Origin: Candidatus Latescibacterota bacterium
GTDB taxonomy: Bacteria > Latescibacterota > UBA2968 > UBA8231
Direction: 5' to 3'
NCBI GenBank assembly: GCA_965217585.1
Contig: OZ244561.1
Coordinates: 704,001-768,000 of the forward strand
DNA: 64,000 bases
Below are positions 53,112 through 62,512 of the stretch, in pieces. Within the stretch, counting starts at the first letter, position 1. Every line of letters begins with the position of its first letter. The translations under genes were made by a program, and so were the position numbers. Below the pieces are notes generated by a model. It saw only the letters and a list, made by a program, of their open reading frames with translations, had not been told where the DNA came from and made no database searches.

Positions 53112-55558
53112 TCCAAGGCTACGTAGAGGTCGCCCTGCCGCCACCCGTAGCGCGCGAGTTGACCTATGGCGTACCTGCTGAACTCGCTGCTGAAGCGCGG
53201 CCGGGGGCCTTGGTGTTGGTGCCGGTGGTCCAGCGCCGGCTCACCGGCATCGTCTTGGGGCCAGCTACAATCGGCGACCTCCCTCCGAGCAAGATCCGCC
53301 CTATTGAGCAAATTCTCGACACCTCGCTCCTCAGCCCGGAGATCGTCGCGCTTTGTCGCTGGATGGCTTCCTACTACATGGCCCCCCTCGGCAGTGCGCT
53401 GATGGCCGCCCTGCCCCCAGGCGTCAAACTCAGCTCCAACCGCGTCGTGCAATTGCGCGAGGTGCCCGCTGGCCACCACACGGGCATGGAGGCGCGGATC
53501 CTCGGCGAGTTGCAGCGCAGCGGCTCCCTCAAGGTCAGCACCCTCAAGCGCCGCCTCGGCAGCCGGGGCTTGGAAAAGGGGGTGCGCGCCCTGCGCCGCA
53601 GCGGGCGCATTGAAATCGCACCCGTGCTCGAAGACCGACGGCCCCACGCCTTGAGCCAACGCCGCTTCCTCCTGAGCGACGAAACGGCCGCGCACGCAGC
53701 CGTCGCCGACATCGAAAAGCGCGCCCCGCGCCAAGCGGCCTGTCTGCGCTACTTGCTAGACCACCCCACGGCTGCGCGCAGCGAACTGAGCGCAGCCGGC
53801 TTTTCCTCGGCCGTACTCAAGGGGCTCGAAGGCCGTGGCTTGATTGAGTCAACTACCGAGGAAGTCGTCCGCGATCCCCTCGCCCACATCGCCAGTGGTC
53901 CCCCTCCGGACCTCGTCCCTACGGCCGACCAGCAACAGGCCCTCGACGCCCTATCGGCCGCGCTCGATGCCCGAGAATTCTATCCGGCCCTGCTGCATGG
54001 AGTCACCGGCTCGGGCAAGACCCTCGTGTACATCCAACTCGTGGCGCAAGCGTTGTCCACGGGGCGCGGCGCGATCATCTTGGTGCCAGAAATCGCCCTC
54101 GCTTGGCAGATGGTGCGGCGCTTCAAGGAGCACTTCGGCGAGGCAGTCGCCGTCCTCCACAGCCAGCTCTCGGCCGGAGAGCGCTACGACACGTGGCGTC
54201 GCGTGCGCCGCCGCGAGCAGCGCATACTCATCGGCGCTCGCTCGGCCATTCTCGCACCAGTGGACGATTTGGGGCTGATTGTCGTGGACGAAGAGCACGA
54301 CACCTCGTACAAGCAAGAAGACCTAGACAGCAGCCACCCCCTCACCTACAATGCTCGCGACCTCGCCTTAGTCCGCGGGCAGCACTGCAAAGCCGTCGTC
54401 GTCCTCGGCTCGGCCACGCCCAGCCTAGAGTCGCACTGGAATGCCGTCATGGGCAAATACCACCTCCACACCCTGCCCCGCCGCATCGACGACCGCCCCT
54501 TGCCGCAAGTGACGGTCGTCGATATGAAACAGGAGCCTTTTCAACGGCAGCAGCGGGCCATCTTCTCGCACGACTTGCGGCGCAAGATGCAGGACCGCCT
54601 CGACCGCGGCGAGAAAATCATCCTATTGCAAAACCGCCGTGGCTTTGCGCCCTTCATTAGTTGCACCGCCTGTGGCGAGCCGATCCAGTGCAACAGTTGC
54701 CGAGTCTCGCTGACCTATCACCGGCGGCCCACTGCCTCCGAGACCCGCTGTCATTACTGCGACTTCGCGGCCCCACCACCGCGGGTCTGCCCTTCCTGCG
54801 GCAGCCCGGAGCTGCGCTTCGAGGGGGTGGGCACCCAACGGGTCGAAAGCGCCCTCTTGGCCCAATTCTCCGGCATCCGCGTCATCCGCATGGACGTGGA
54901 CACCACCGCTTGGAAAGGCGCGCACGACTCCCTCGTCGAGCGCTTCCGCCGCGGCGAGGCCGACGTGCTGCTCGGCACCCAAATGGTCGCCAAGGGCCTC
55001 GACCTGCCCGAAGTCACGCTAGTCGGCGTGATCTCCGCCGACACCGGCATGCACCTACCCGACTTCCGCGCGGCCGAAAGGAGCTTCCAGCTCCTGACCC
55101 AAGTCGCCGGCCGCTCGGGTCGCGGTCGCACGGCCGGCGAGGTAGTCATCCAGACGCTGCTGCCCGAAGACGCAGCCCTGTGCGCGGCTGCAAACCAAAA
55201 CTACGCGGACTTTGCCCACAGCGAGTTGGATCAGCGGCGGCAGGCCGGGTTTCCCCCTTTTGGCCGCCTAATCGTCTTCCGCTGGCGCGGCCCCTGCGAG
55301 CAAGCCGTTGAAACCGGGGCACAACAGGGCGTGGACGCTCTGCGACAGGACCTCGACGCAGACGCGCTCGTGCTCGGCCCAGCGCCAGCCCCATTGGCGC
55401 GGCTGCGCGGTCACTACCGCTGGCAAGCCCTCTTGCGCGGCTCCTCAGCGCGCCACTTGCGCACAACGGCCCTCAGCGCCCTGCCAGCCATGCGCGAGGC
55501 CGCCAAAAACCACGCCTTGCACTTTTCCATCAATATCGACCCTCTAACAATGATGTAG
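53108..55558 (+). CDS. priA: Primosomal protein N'
   Basis: GVTGSGKT, DEEHD, four CxxC pairs and GTQMVAKG motifs. Confidence 0.97.
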   Translation: MIQGYVEVALPPPVARELTYGVPAELAAEARPGALVLVPVVQRRLTGIVLGPATIGDLPPSKIRPIEQILDTSLLSPEIVALCRWMASYYMAPLGSALMAALPPGVKLSSNRVVQLREVPAGHHTGMEARILGELQRSGSLKVSTLKRRLGSRGLEKGVRALRRSGRIEIAPVLEDRRPHALSQRRFLLSDETAAHAAVADIEKRAPRQAACLRYLLDHPTAARSELSAAGFSSAVLKGLEGRGLIESTTEEVVRDPLAHIASGPPPDLVPTADQQQALDALSAALDAREFYPALLHGVTGSGKTLVYIQLVAQALSTGRGAIILVPEIALAWQMVRRFKEHFGEAVAVLHSQLSAGERYDTWRRVRRREQRILIGARSAILAPVDDLGLIVVDEEHDTSYKQEDLDSSHPLTYNARDLALVRGQHCKAVVVLGSATPSLESHWNAVMGKYHLHTLPRRIDDRPLPQVTVVDMKQEPFQRQQRAIFSHDLRRKMQDRLDRGEKIILLQNRRGFAPFISCTACGEPIQCNSCRVSLTYHRRPTASETRCHYCDFAAPPPRVCPSCGSPELRFEGVGTQRVESALLAQFSGIRVIRMDVDTTAWKGAHDSLVERFRRGEADVLLGTQMVAKGLDLPEVTLVGVISADTGMHLPDFRAAERSFQLLTQVAGRSGRGRTAGEVVIQTLLPEDAALCAAANQNYADFAHSELDQRRQAGFPPFGRLIVFRWRGPCEQAVETGAQQGVDALRQDLDADALVLGPAPAPLARLRGHYRWQALLRGSSARHLRTTALSALPAMREAAKNHALHFSINIDPLTMM

Positions 55559-55567
55559 GCCGTCCCC

Positions 55568-57772
55568 ATGCTCTTGCTCCGCCTCGCTCCACTGCTGCTC
55601 TTGGCTTTGCCCGCCCGCGCCCAACTATCCGGCACCCAATGGGAAGCCTATACCAGTATGCGCCAAATCAACCGGGTCCTCGTCCACCAAAATGAGGTCT
55701 GGGCCGGTACCAGCGGCGGCGTCCTGCGCTACGACCAGCAGACCCAATCCTATACGCGCTTCACCCGCCGCGACGGCCTGCCGGGCAACCTCATCTTGAG
55801 CCTATCCGTAGATGCCAACGGCCACCTGTGGTTCGGTACGAACTCGCAGGGCTTGAGCCGCTATCGGCCCGAGGACGATCGCTTCGACCCGCCCTTCCTC
55901 GACTTCCAAAACCTCCGCATCAACGCCCTCAAGCCTCATGGGGACATCCTCTACGTCGGCAGCGAGCGCGGCGTCAGCGCGTTTGTCATCAGCAAGGAGG
56001 AGGTCAAGGAAACCTATCGCCGCTTGGGGGATCTGCCCAAAGACACCGAGGTGACCAGCATTGAGGTGTTTGCTGGACGCCTGTGGGCCGGGACCGGTAA
56101 TGATCTAGTATGGGCGGATTTGGACCAACCCAATCTCCAAGATCCCAGCAGTTGGGAAGCCGAGCTAATAGGGGGCGCGGTGCGCGACATGCTAGTCTAT
56201 CGAGACACGCTCTTCGTCTCGGCCACAAACGGCGTCTGGCGAGTACATCCCGCGCTTGACCGCCCCGCGATCGAATACTCTACGACCACTAGTGTTGCCC
56301 TCGGCCTCTTCGAGGGGAGCATCGTCAGCGCGACGGCCGAGGGCCTCTTGTTCCAGCGCCAAGGCAACCGTTGGCAGCCGCTTGGTGCATCGGACATTAG
56401 CAGCACCGCCGACCTGTCCGATACCGACGGTCCTCTGTGGGTGGCCAGCGCGAGCGGCCTGCGCGTCCTCGGCACCGACCCCCCACCGCCGCCCCGCGAG
56501 CCTAGAGCTAACTTCTTCTTCGACATGACCCAGACCGCCGACGGCCACCTATGGGTCGCCTCCGTGCCCAAGGACAATCTGCCCGCTTTTGGCCTGTACG
56601 AGTTCGACGGCGAGGGCTGGACCACCCATAACAAAAGGACCGACCTGTCGTCCGCGACCGTCTCGGCCGTGGAGACCGACGGCGAGGGCCTGCTGTGGGT
56701 TGGCCATTGGGGCCGGGGCATTGACGTGCGCGATCCCAACGGCCAGTGGCAGCGCCTCACCGCCAACAACTCGGCCCTCGAAGGCATCGACGGCAGTGCT
56801 TTTGTCGCCATCAGCGACATCGACCGCGACGCCAACGGCTTGGTATGGATCGCCAACGTCCGCAATGGGTTAGTCGTCATGGATGGGTGGCCGCCCCAAC
56901 AAGCCGCGCTCAACAGCCAGTTGGACTTCGGCATGGCCCCGGGCCGAGACATGACCAAAATCGCCATTGGTCCCGACGGCCTGAAGTGGATTGGGACGGC
57001 GCTCGACGGCTTCTGCCTCTTCGACGATGGCGGCACCCCTTTTGCGACCGACGATGAGATTGGCCTAGTCTTCGACACGACCGCATACCCGCACCTGACC
57101 AGCAACGCCGTCATCGATATCCACGTCGATCGCTCGGGGCAGGTGTGGATCGCCACCAACAACGGCCTCAATGCAGTGCGCGGCGAGTATTCGCGCACCG
57201 GCGCGCATTTTGATGTCACAAGCTGGAAGGTGTTCAACGCCGACAACGGCCTGCCGTCCAGCGCGACCACATCGCTGGCCGAAGACGACTGGGGGCGCAT
57301 TTGGGTCGGCACCGAAGGCGGCCTGGCCCGCATCAACACCGAGGGCCAAGTCGAGTTCGCGCTCGACACCAGCGACGGCCTCGTCAACAACCACGTCAAC
57401 TCGCTGTATTTCGATCGGGAAAACGGCGCACTGTGGATTGGCACGCTCGGCGGGATGAGCCGCCTGCAAATCGGCACTGCGGGGACGACCGCTGGGCCCC
57501 AGGCGTACGCGTATCCCAATCCCTTCCGCATCGGCGTGCGCGGCGGCGCCCTGACCTTTGCCGACCTGCCGCTAGGGTCCAGCGTGCGCATTTTCACGGC
57601 CGCTGGCGAACTCGTCCGCCAGCTCGACGGCGCGGCCGGTCAAGGCGCGGTCACTTGGCATGGCCAGAGCGCGGCGGGCTTTCTCGTGGGATCGGGTATT
57701 TACTACTTTGTCGCGCAGACAGAAACCGGCGACACCGTGCGCGGCAAATTCGCCGTGATCAACAACCGCTGA
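55568..57772 (+). CDS. PorZ-like beta-propeller protein with type-A T9SS-like C-terminal domain
   Basis: Signal peptide, repeated D..G.LWxGT..GL blades and C-terminal AYPNPF...IFTAAGELVR...SGIYY..GKFAVI. Confidence 0.75.
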   Translation: MLLLRLAPLLLLALPARAQLSGTQWEAYTSMRQINRVLVHQNEVWAGTSGGVLRYDQQTQSYTRFTRRDGLPGNLILSLSVDANGHLWFGTNSQGLSRYRPEDDRFDPPFLDFQNLRINALKPHGDILYVGSERGVSAFVISKEEVKETYRRLGDLPKDTEVTSIEVFAGRLWAGTGNDLVWADLDQPNLQDPSSWEAELIGGAVRDMLVYRDTLFVSATNGVWRVHPALDRPAIEYSTTTSVALGLFEGSIVSATAEGLLFQRQGNRWQPLGASDISSTADLSDTDGPLWVASASGLRVLGTDPPPPPREPRANFFFDMTQTADGHLWVASVPKDNLPAFGLYEFDGEGWTTHNKRTDLSSATVSAVETDGEGLLWVGHWGRGIDVRDPNGQWQRLTANNSALEGIDGSAFVAISDIDRDANGLVWIANVRNGLVVMDGWPPQQAALNSQLDFGMAPGRDMTKIAIGPDGLKWIGTALDGFCLFDDGGTPFATDDEIGLVFDTTAYPHLTSNAVIDIHVDRSGQVWIATNNGLNAVRGEYSRTGAHFDVTSWKVFNADNGLPSSATTSLAEDDWGRIWVGTEGGLARINTEGQVEFALDTSDGLVNNHVNSLYFDRENGALWIGTLGGMSRLQIGTAGTTAGPQAYAYPNPFRIGVRGGALTFADLPLGSSVRIFTAAGELVRQLDGAAGQGAVTWHGQSAAGFLVGSGIYYFVAQTETGDTVRGKFAVINNR

Positions 57773-57773
57773 C

Positions 57774-58427
57774 ATGCGCGGCCTCTACACTGCACTCGCC
57801 ATCGCGCTCCTCGCGGTGGACGGCCCAGCCCAGCCCCTATTTACCATTGCGCGGCTGCAATACGGCGGCGGCGGCGACTGGTACAGCGACCCCTCTTCCC
57901 TGCCCAACTTGCTCCGCTTCTTAAGAGAGCATACCCAAATCGACGCGGCCGAAGCCGAGACGCGCGTGCAAATCATGGACGAGGAGTTGTTTTCCTATCC
58001 GTACATCTACATGACCGGGCACGGCAATGTGGCTTTTTCCGCTGAGGAAGCAGCGCGGCTTAGGCACTACTTGGAAAGCGGTGGCTTTCTCCACGCCGAC
58101 GACAACTACGGCATGGACGAGAGCTTCCGCCGCGCCATGCGCCAAGTCTTCCCCAATGCCGAGTGGGTGGAACTGCCGCCCGAGCATCCCCTATTCCACT
58201 GCCACTTCGAGTTGCCAGCGGGCCTGCCCAAGGTCCACGAGCACGACGGCAAACGGCCGCAAGCCCTCGCGCTGTTCACGGGCGAACGCCTAGCTGTGCT
58301 ATACACGTATGAGGCGGATTTAGGCGACGGCTGGGAGGACCCCGGCGTCCACAGCGACCCAGAGAGCAAGCGACTCGACGCCCTCAAAATGGGTGCCAAT
58401 ATCGCGGTCTGGGCGCTGAGCCACTAG
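57774..58427 (+). CDS. DUF4159 protein
   Basis: YGGGGDWY, YMTGHG, GGFLHADDNYG and DLGDGWE motifs. Confidence 0.88.
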   Translation: MRGLYTALAIALLAVDGPAQPLFTIARLQYGGGGDWYSDPSSLPNLLRFLREHTQIDAAEAETRVQIMDEELFSYPYIYMTGHGNVAFSAEEAARLRHYLESGGFLHADDNYGMDESFRRAMRQVFPNAEWVELPPEHPLFHCHFELPAGLPKVHEHDGKRPQALALFTGERLAVLYTYEADLGDGWEDPGVHSDPESKRLDALKMGANIAVWALSH

Positions 58428-58813
58428 ACGTGCAGTAAGCGATACCCCCACAACGCCAGTACGAGGACCAGCACGCCCCCAGCGAGGCCCTTGCGGAGGG
58501 ACGAGGGCAGCACGAGCCAAGCGCGACCAAATCGACTCGGAGAGCACGCGAGGCCGAGGGCCAATGGGATGAGGAAAAACGCGAAGGGATGGTAGTGCCA
58601 AGCGCCGGCGAGGTTGCCTTGTGCAAGAGCTATGCAGGCGCGCCCCATGCCGCAGCCTGGGCAGGGCAGATGGGTGAGGAAACGGAAGGGGCACAGGGTC
58701 GGCCAAGCCTTGCCGAGCACGGGGCTAAACCACGCCAAGAATGCCGCGACGAGCGCCAGCCCGACGAGGAAAATTCGCGCGAGGTGAACTGGGCTAACTG
58801 TCGGCGCTTTCAC
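58424..58813 (-). CDS. DUF2752 membrane protein
   Basis: CPF..LT.LPCPGCG motif. Confidence 0.85.
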   Translation of the reverse strand: MKAPTVSPVHLARIFLVGLALVAAFLAWFSPVLGKAWPTLCPFRFLTHLPCPGCGMGRACIALAQGNLAGAWHYHPFAFFLIPLALGLACSPSRFGRAWLVLPSSLRKGLAGGVLVLVLALWGYRLLHV

Positions 58814-59177
58814 CGTAGAACTTGTTGATCTCCCACTGCTGGATGGCCGTGGCGGCCAAGCCGAAAGAAAAAATAGAAACCAGGACGCAGATCAACGCCA
58901 AGTCTCTGTTTGCGCGTAGATTATTGTTCTCCTGAATCTCGTTGATGCCCTGCGCCATCTTGTACTCGTAATAAATCTCAAATATGCTGCACGTCAGGAT
59001 GTAGAGTACGAGCCAAAGCCAGAAGTTGTACTCCTCCCGCCCCAGCCACGCATTGAGCGTTTCCATCTGTTTGTATTGCCAATAGAAATAGTAAATCCCA
59101 CACGTCAGAATGCTGACGACGATTCCCAAGACAATGCTTCTCACTCCGTCGTATTCTGGATATGGGTAGCTCTGCAT
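58794..59177 (-). CDS. DUF4234 membrane protein
   Basis: SILTCGIY.FYW motif and three TM segments. Confidence 0.8.
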   Translation of the reverse strand: MQSYPYPEYDGVRSIVLGIVVSILTCGIYYFYWQYKQMETLNAWLGREEYNFWLWLVLYILTCSIFEIYYEYKMAQGINEIQENNNLRANRDLALICVLVSIFSFGLAATAIQQWEINKFYGESADS

Positions 59178-59660
59178 AATTGGACCTCCAGCTAGTATGT
59201 AGGCACGCGGGAATATAGCCTCTGGTTTCGGCCTCCATCAAGCGCTTGTTTGAGGCCGGGGCTGTCACCCTCGTCCTCTTTTTAGTCGACCAGATCGCAC
59301 TGAGAACTTGACGAAATGGGGAGGATTATGCCCCTTGCCAGATCAGTGGCATAGGGCGCTTGCGGGCGATGGAAGTAGATCCTCTCTAGCGGAGACGGAT
59401 CGCCTCTGTGGTTCGATGCATGGACCAGGAGAGGGCCACATCGAAATACCTAGTGCGTTCCTCCCGGTGGACAAAGTACTTCCATCACCTATTTTTCATG
59501 TAAAGCCTATGGTCTACAATAAGTTATACTACAGAAAAGTCCATTAAGGCTTAGCTTTTGGGCACTATTGTATATAATACCCAAATTTAGCTTGATTCTG
59601 CGATACAGGGATATTACTTTGCCACTCCCCTTTGAGAACCGGAACTTGGACCCTATAACC

Positions 59661-60416
59661 ATGGCCAAATTCTCGCCGAATTCGCTTACGTTTGAGATTG
59701 ACGGTCCGCGGATTACGGCCCAGCGTTTTAGAAAAGGCTTTAATGCGTTCTTGCAGATGGCCGATGAGGTAGCCGATAGCGTGGCCGGGAAGCCTCACGC
59801 TGTAGAGTGGCTTCTTTCTGTTGAGCCGGGTAGCGTACGCGTACACATCGCTCCAGAAGCAATTAAGATATCGCCTGAAAAGATCCCTGTGGCCATTGAT
59901 GCGATTCAAACTGGGCTTGCGGCCCTTGAGGTGGGGGATGATATCTGGCCTAAGCATTTCTCGGAAAAAGCATTGGAGGCTGCCAAGACGATGGGCGAGG
60001 TACTGTCTAGGTCCGACGGGGAGTTAAGTACAGTACAGGTCCGATACAATGGACAGGCTACTAAAATGTCGTCTCGATCTGTTGCGTCTGTCGACCAGTT
60101 ACTGCAAGGACAGTACGTTGATCACGGTACGGTCGAAGGACGGATTCAAGTACTCAGCAGACGGGGCAAAACGCGCTTTTCTATTGATGATGATATATCG
60201 GGTCGCAATATCAACTGCTATTTTTCTGGTGAATTATGGGACGATGTACTTCAGTCTTTTAATCCTAAGACAGCGCGGCGCGTGTCGGTTTCAGGGCTTA
60301 TTCAATATCGGCGCAATGGTATGCCGATCAATATCACTGTTGAAGAATTTAGAGTACTTCGTCCAAAAGACGAGCTGCCATCCTGGAATGATGTGCTGGG
60401 TATTCTCGCTGAGTAA
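59661..60416 (+). CDS. Hypothetical protein with probable C-terminal OB-fold, partner of a PIN gene
   Basis: EPGSV and GTVEGRI...RVSVSGLI motifs; LPSWNDVLGIL tail. Confidence 0.65.
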   Translation: MAKFSPNSLTFEIDGPRITAQRFRKGFNAFLQMADEVADSVAGKPHAVEWLLSVEPGSVRVHIAPEAIKISPEKIPVAIDAIQTGLAALEVGDDIWPKHFSEKALEAAKTMGEVLSRSDGELSTVQVRYNGQATKMSSRSVASVDQLLQGQYVDHGTVEGRIQVLSRRGKTRFSIDDDISGRNINCYFSGELWDDVLQSFNPKTARRVSVSGLIQYRRNGMPINITVEEFRVLRPKDELPSWNDVLGILAE

Positions 60417-60422
60417 ATCTAT

Positions 60423-60884
60423 ATGCGGAACGTCTATTGCGATGCCAACATATTTATTGGATGGTTCAATAATGAAGAAGATAAAGTAGAAGCCTGTCGT
60501 GGATTAGTTGATGTCTCTGAGAGAGGGGAAGTGCGAATAATCACTTCGGCATTGACATTGACGGAGGTTATCAAGATCAAAGGTCAGCAACCATTGCCTC
60601 AGAGCAAGGAAGAGACTATCAAGGATTTTTTTGAACAAGAGTTCATCGGCATCGTCAATGTGGATCGACGAACGGCCGAATTTGCTCGCGATCTTATATG
60701 GCGCTATCCTCACCTTAATCCCAAGGACTCTCTCCACGCGGCAACAGCCTTGATTACCGAAGACGTTGATGTGTTGTATACTTTTGACGAGGATCTTTTG
60801 CGGTTGAACGGCCAATTGGGAGAGTCTCCTCTGCGGATTTCTACTCCAGATATACCAGATCAGCTTTCTATCCCGTTCGCATAA
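60423..60884 (+). CDS. PIN-domain (VapC-like) nuclease
   Basis: YCDANIF, LTEV, DSLHAATA and TFD acidic tetrad. Confidence 0.88.
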   Translation: MRNVYCDANIFIGWFNNEEDKVEACRGLVDVSERGEVRIITSALTLTEVIKIKGQQPLPQSKEETIKDFFEQEFIGIVNVDRRTAEFARDLIWRYPHLNPKDSLHAATALITEDVDVLYTFDEDLLRLNGQLGESPLRISTPDIPDQLSIPFA

Positions 60885-60895
60885 CTCACTTTGAC

Positions 60896-62506
60896 CTAGT
60901 ACCTAGTGTCCCCCTCCGCAACGCTCATATACGTATCAATCGGTAAGTCCGTCATCTTCTGCAGCACTCCACTCGGCCAATAAATGTGCAGCGAATCCGC
61001 CCGGCCCGCCGCGCCCAAACCAAAATGCACGCGGCGGTCGCCGCTGCCCAAGAAGCTCTCGCCGCAGAGCACGTCCCGCCGCTGCTTTTGGCCGCCGCTC
61101 CACAATACGACCTTCGCGCCGATGGCCTCGCGGTTTTTTCCCGCGCCCACAAGGCGCAAGCCGAGCCAGTGGTGATCAGCGGCCGTCTGGTTGTGCAGCA
61201 GGGAGGGCCGGCCGTTGAGATTGGTGACGAACAGATCCACGCGGCCATCGTCGTCAAAGTCTCCGGCCACTGCGCCGCGGCTGACCGCCCGATTCTCCCC
61301 CAGCTCGACGACGCGGAAATGGCCGGCGTCATTGGCAAACAAGTGATTCGCCTGCGCGTAGGTCGCGCCGCTGCCTGGGCGTTCGATCTGCGGATACACG
61401 TGTCCGTTGGCCACGAACAAGTCTTGGTCGGCGTCGTTGTCGTAATCGATAAAGACCGCGCCAAACCCCACATAGGGCAGGCTGATGCGGCCTAGGCCCG
61501 CGGCAAAGCTCACGTCCGCAAAGATGCCGGCACCGGTGTTGCGATAGAGCGTGTTGTAGTCGTCCTCGAAGTTGGTGACCAGCAAATCGCCGTCGCCGTC
61601 GTTATCGTAATCGCCCCAAGCCGCGCCCATGCCGGCCTGCGCCAAACCCGTTTCCCCCAGCGCGGCATTGGCCTGTAGCCCCACTTCGGCAAAGGTGCCA
61701 GCCCCATCGTTGCGGTAGAGGAAATTGGGCGTCGAGTCGTTGGCGACATACAGATCCAAATCCCCGTCGTCGTCGCTGTCGATGAAGAGCACGGCAAACC
61801 CATAGCCCGGGTCGTGCTGACCGAGGCCGCTGGCCGCCGTCACATCGGCAAAGGTGCCAGCGCCATCGTTGCGGTAGAGCGCGTCCGGCAACGCGGGCAA
61901 GCCCAGCGGACCGACAAATACGTCCCGGCCCTTCCACTGCGTGCCCAAGGGTCGCACCGCGGCCGAATCAAAATCCGCGTAATTGGCCACGTACAAATCC
62001 AAGTCGCCGTCCAAGTCCGCGTCGCCCATGGCCGCGCCGGTACTCCACACCGGCAGCGCCAGCCCGGCGCGGGCCGTGACATCGGCGAATTGCTCTAACC
62101 CGTCGTTGCGATAGAGGATGTTTTCTTGCAGGCAGGTGATGTACAGGTCGGCATCGCCGTCGGCATCGTAGTCCGCACTCAGCGCGCCCATGCCCCAGCC
62201 GCGACCCAAGGCCCCGGCCGCGGCCGCTCGATCGACAAAGCTCCGGCCACGGTCGTTGCGGTAGAGGGCATTGCCACCGCCTTCTCCATTGACCCAGTAG
62301 ATGTCCAAATCGCCGTCGCCATCCGCGTCAAGGAGCGCGGCCCCGCCGCCTTTGGCTTCGACGATATAGCGCTTTTCCGCGCCGCCGCCGACGTGGGACC
62401 GTTCTATGCCCCAATCGCTGGCCTTGTCGATAAAGGGAGGACCGTCAGCAGGCGCACAGGCCATCATGCACAGCGGCAACAGACCACCCCACTTCAATCG
62501 CGCCAC
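60896..62506 (-). CDS. CRTAC1-family lipoprotein (FG-GAP repeats plus ASPIC/UnbV)
   Basis: Repeated D.DGD.DLYV and NxLYRN motifs; RVHFGLG. Confidence 0.92.
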   Translation of the reverse strand: MARLKWGGLLPLCMMACAPADGPPFIDKASDWGIERSHVGGGAEKRYIVEAKGGGAALLDADGDGDLDIYWVNGEGGGNALYRNDRGRSFVDRAAAAGALGRGWGMGALSADYDADGDADLYITCLQENILYRNDGLEQFADVTARAGLALPVWSTGAAMGDADLDGDLDLYVANYADFDSAAVRPLGTQWKGRDVFVGPLGLPALPDALYRNDGAGTFADVTAASGLGQHDPGYGFAVLFIDSDDDGDLDLYVANDSTPNFLYRNDGAGTFAEVGLQANAALGETGLAQAGMGAAWGDYDNDGDGDLLVTNFEDDYNTLYRNTGAGIFADVSFAAGLGRISLPYVGFGAVFIDYDNDADQDLFVANGHVYPQIERPGSGATYAQANHLFANDAGHFRVVELGENRAVSRGAVAGDFDDDGRVDLFVTNLNGRPSLLHNQTAADHHWLGLRLVGAGKNREAIGAKVVLWSGGQKQRRDVLCGESFLGSGDRRVHFGLGAAGRADSLHIYWPSGVLQKMTDLPIDTYMSVAEGDTRY

Positions 62507-62512
62507 AATCCT

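Noticed and set aside
56197-57597. 466-aa antisense ORF
   Set aside because: It is a Ser/Pro/Arg-rich shadow frame of the propeller gene.
59308-59547. 79-aa ORF or possible toxin relic upstream of the PIN pair
   Set aside because: No convincing motif in any frame and no RBS.
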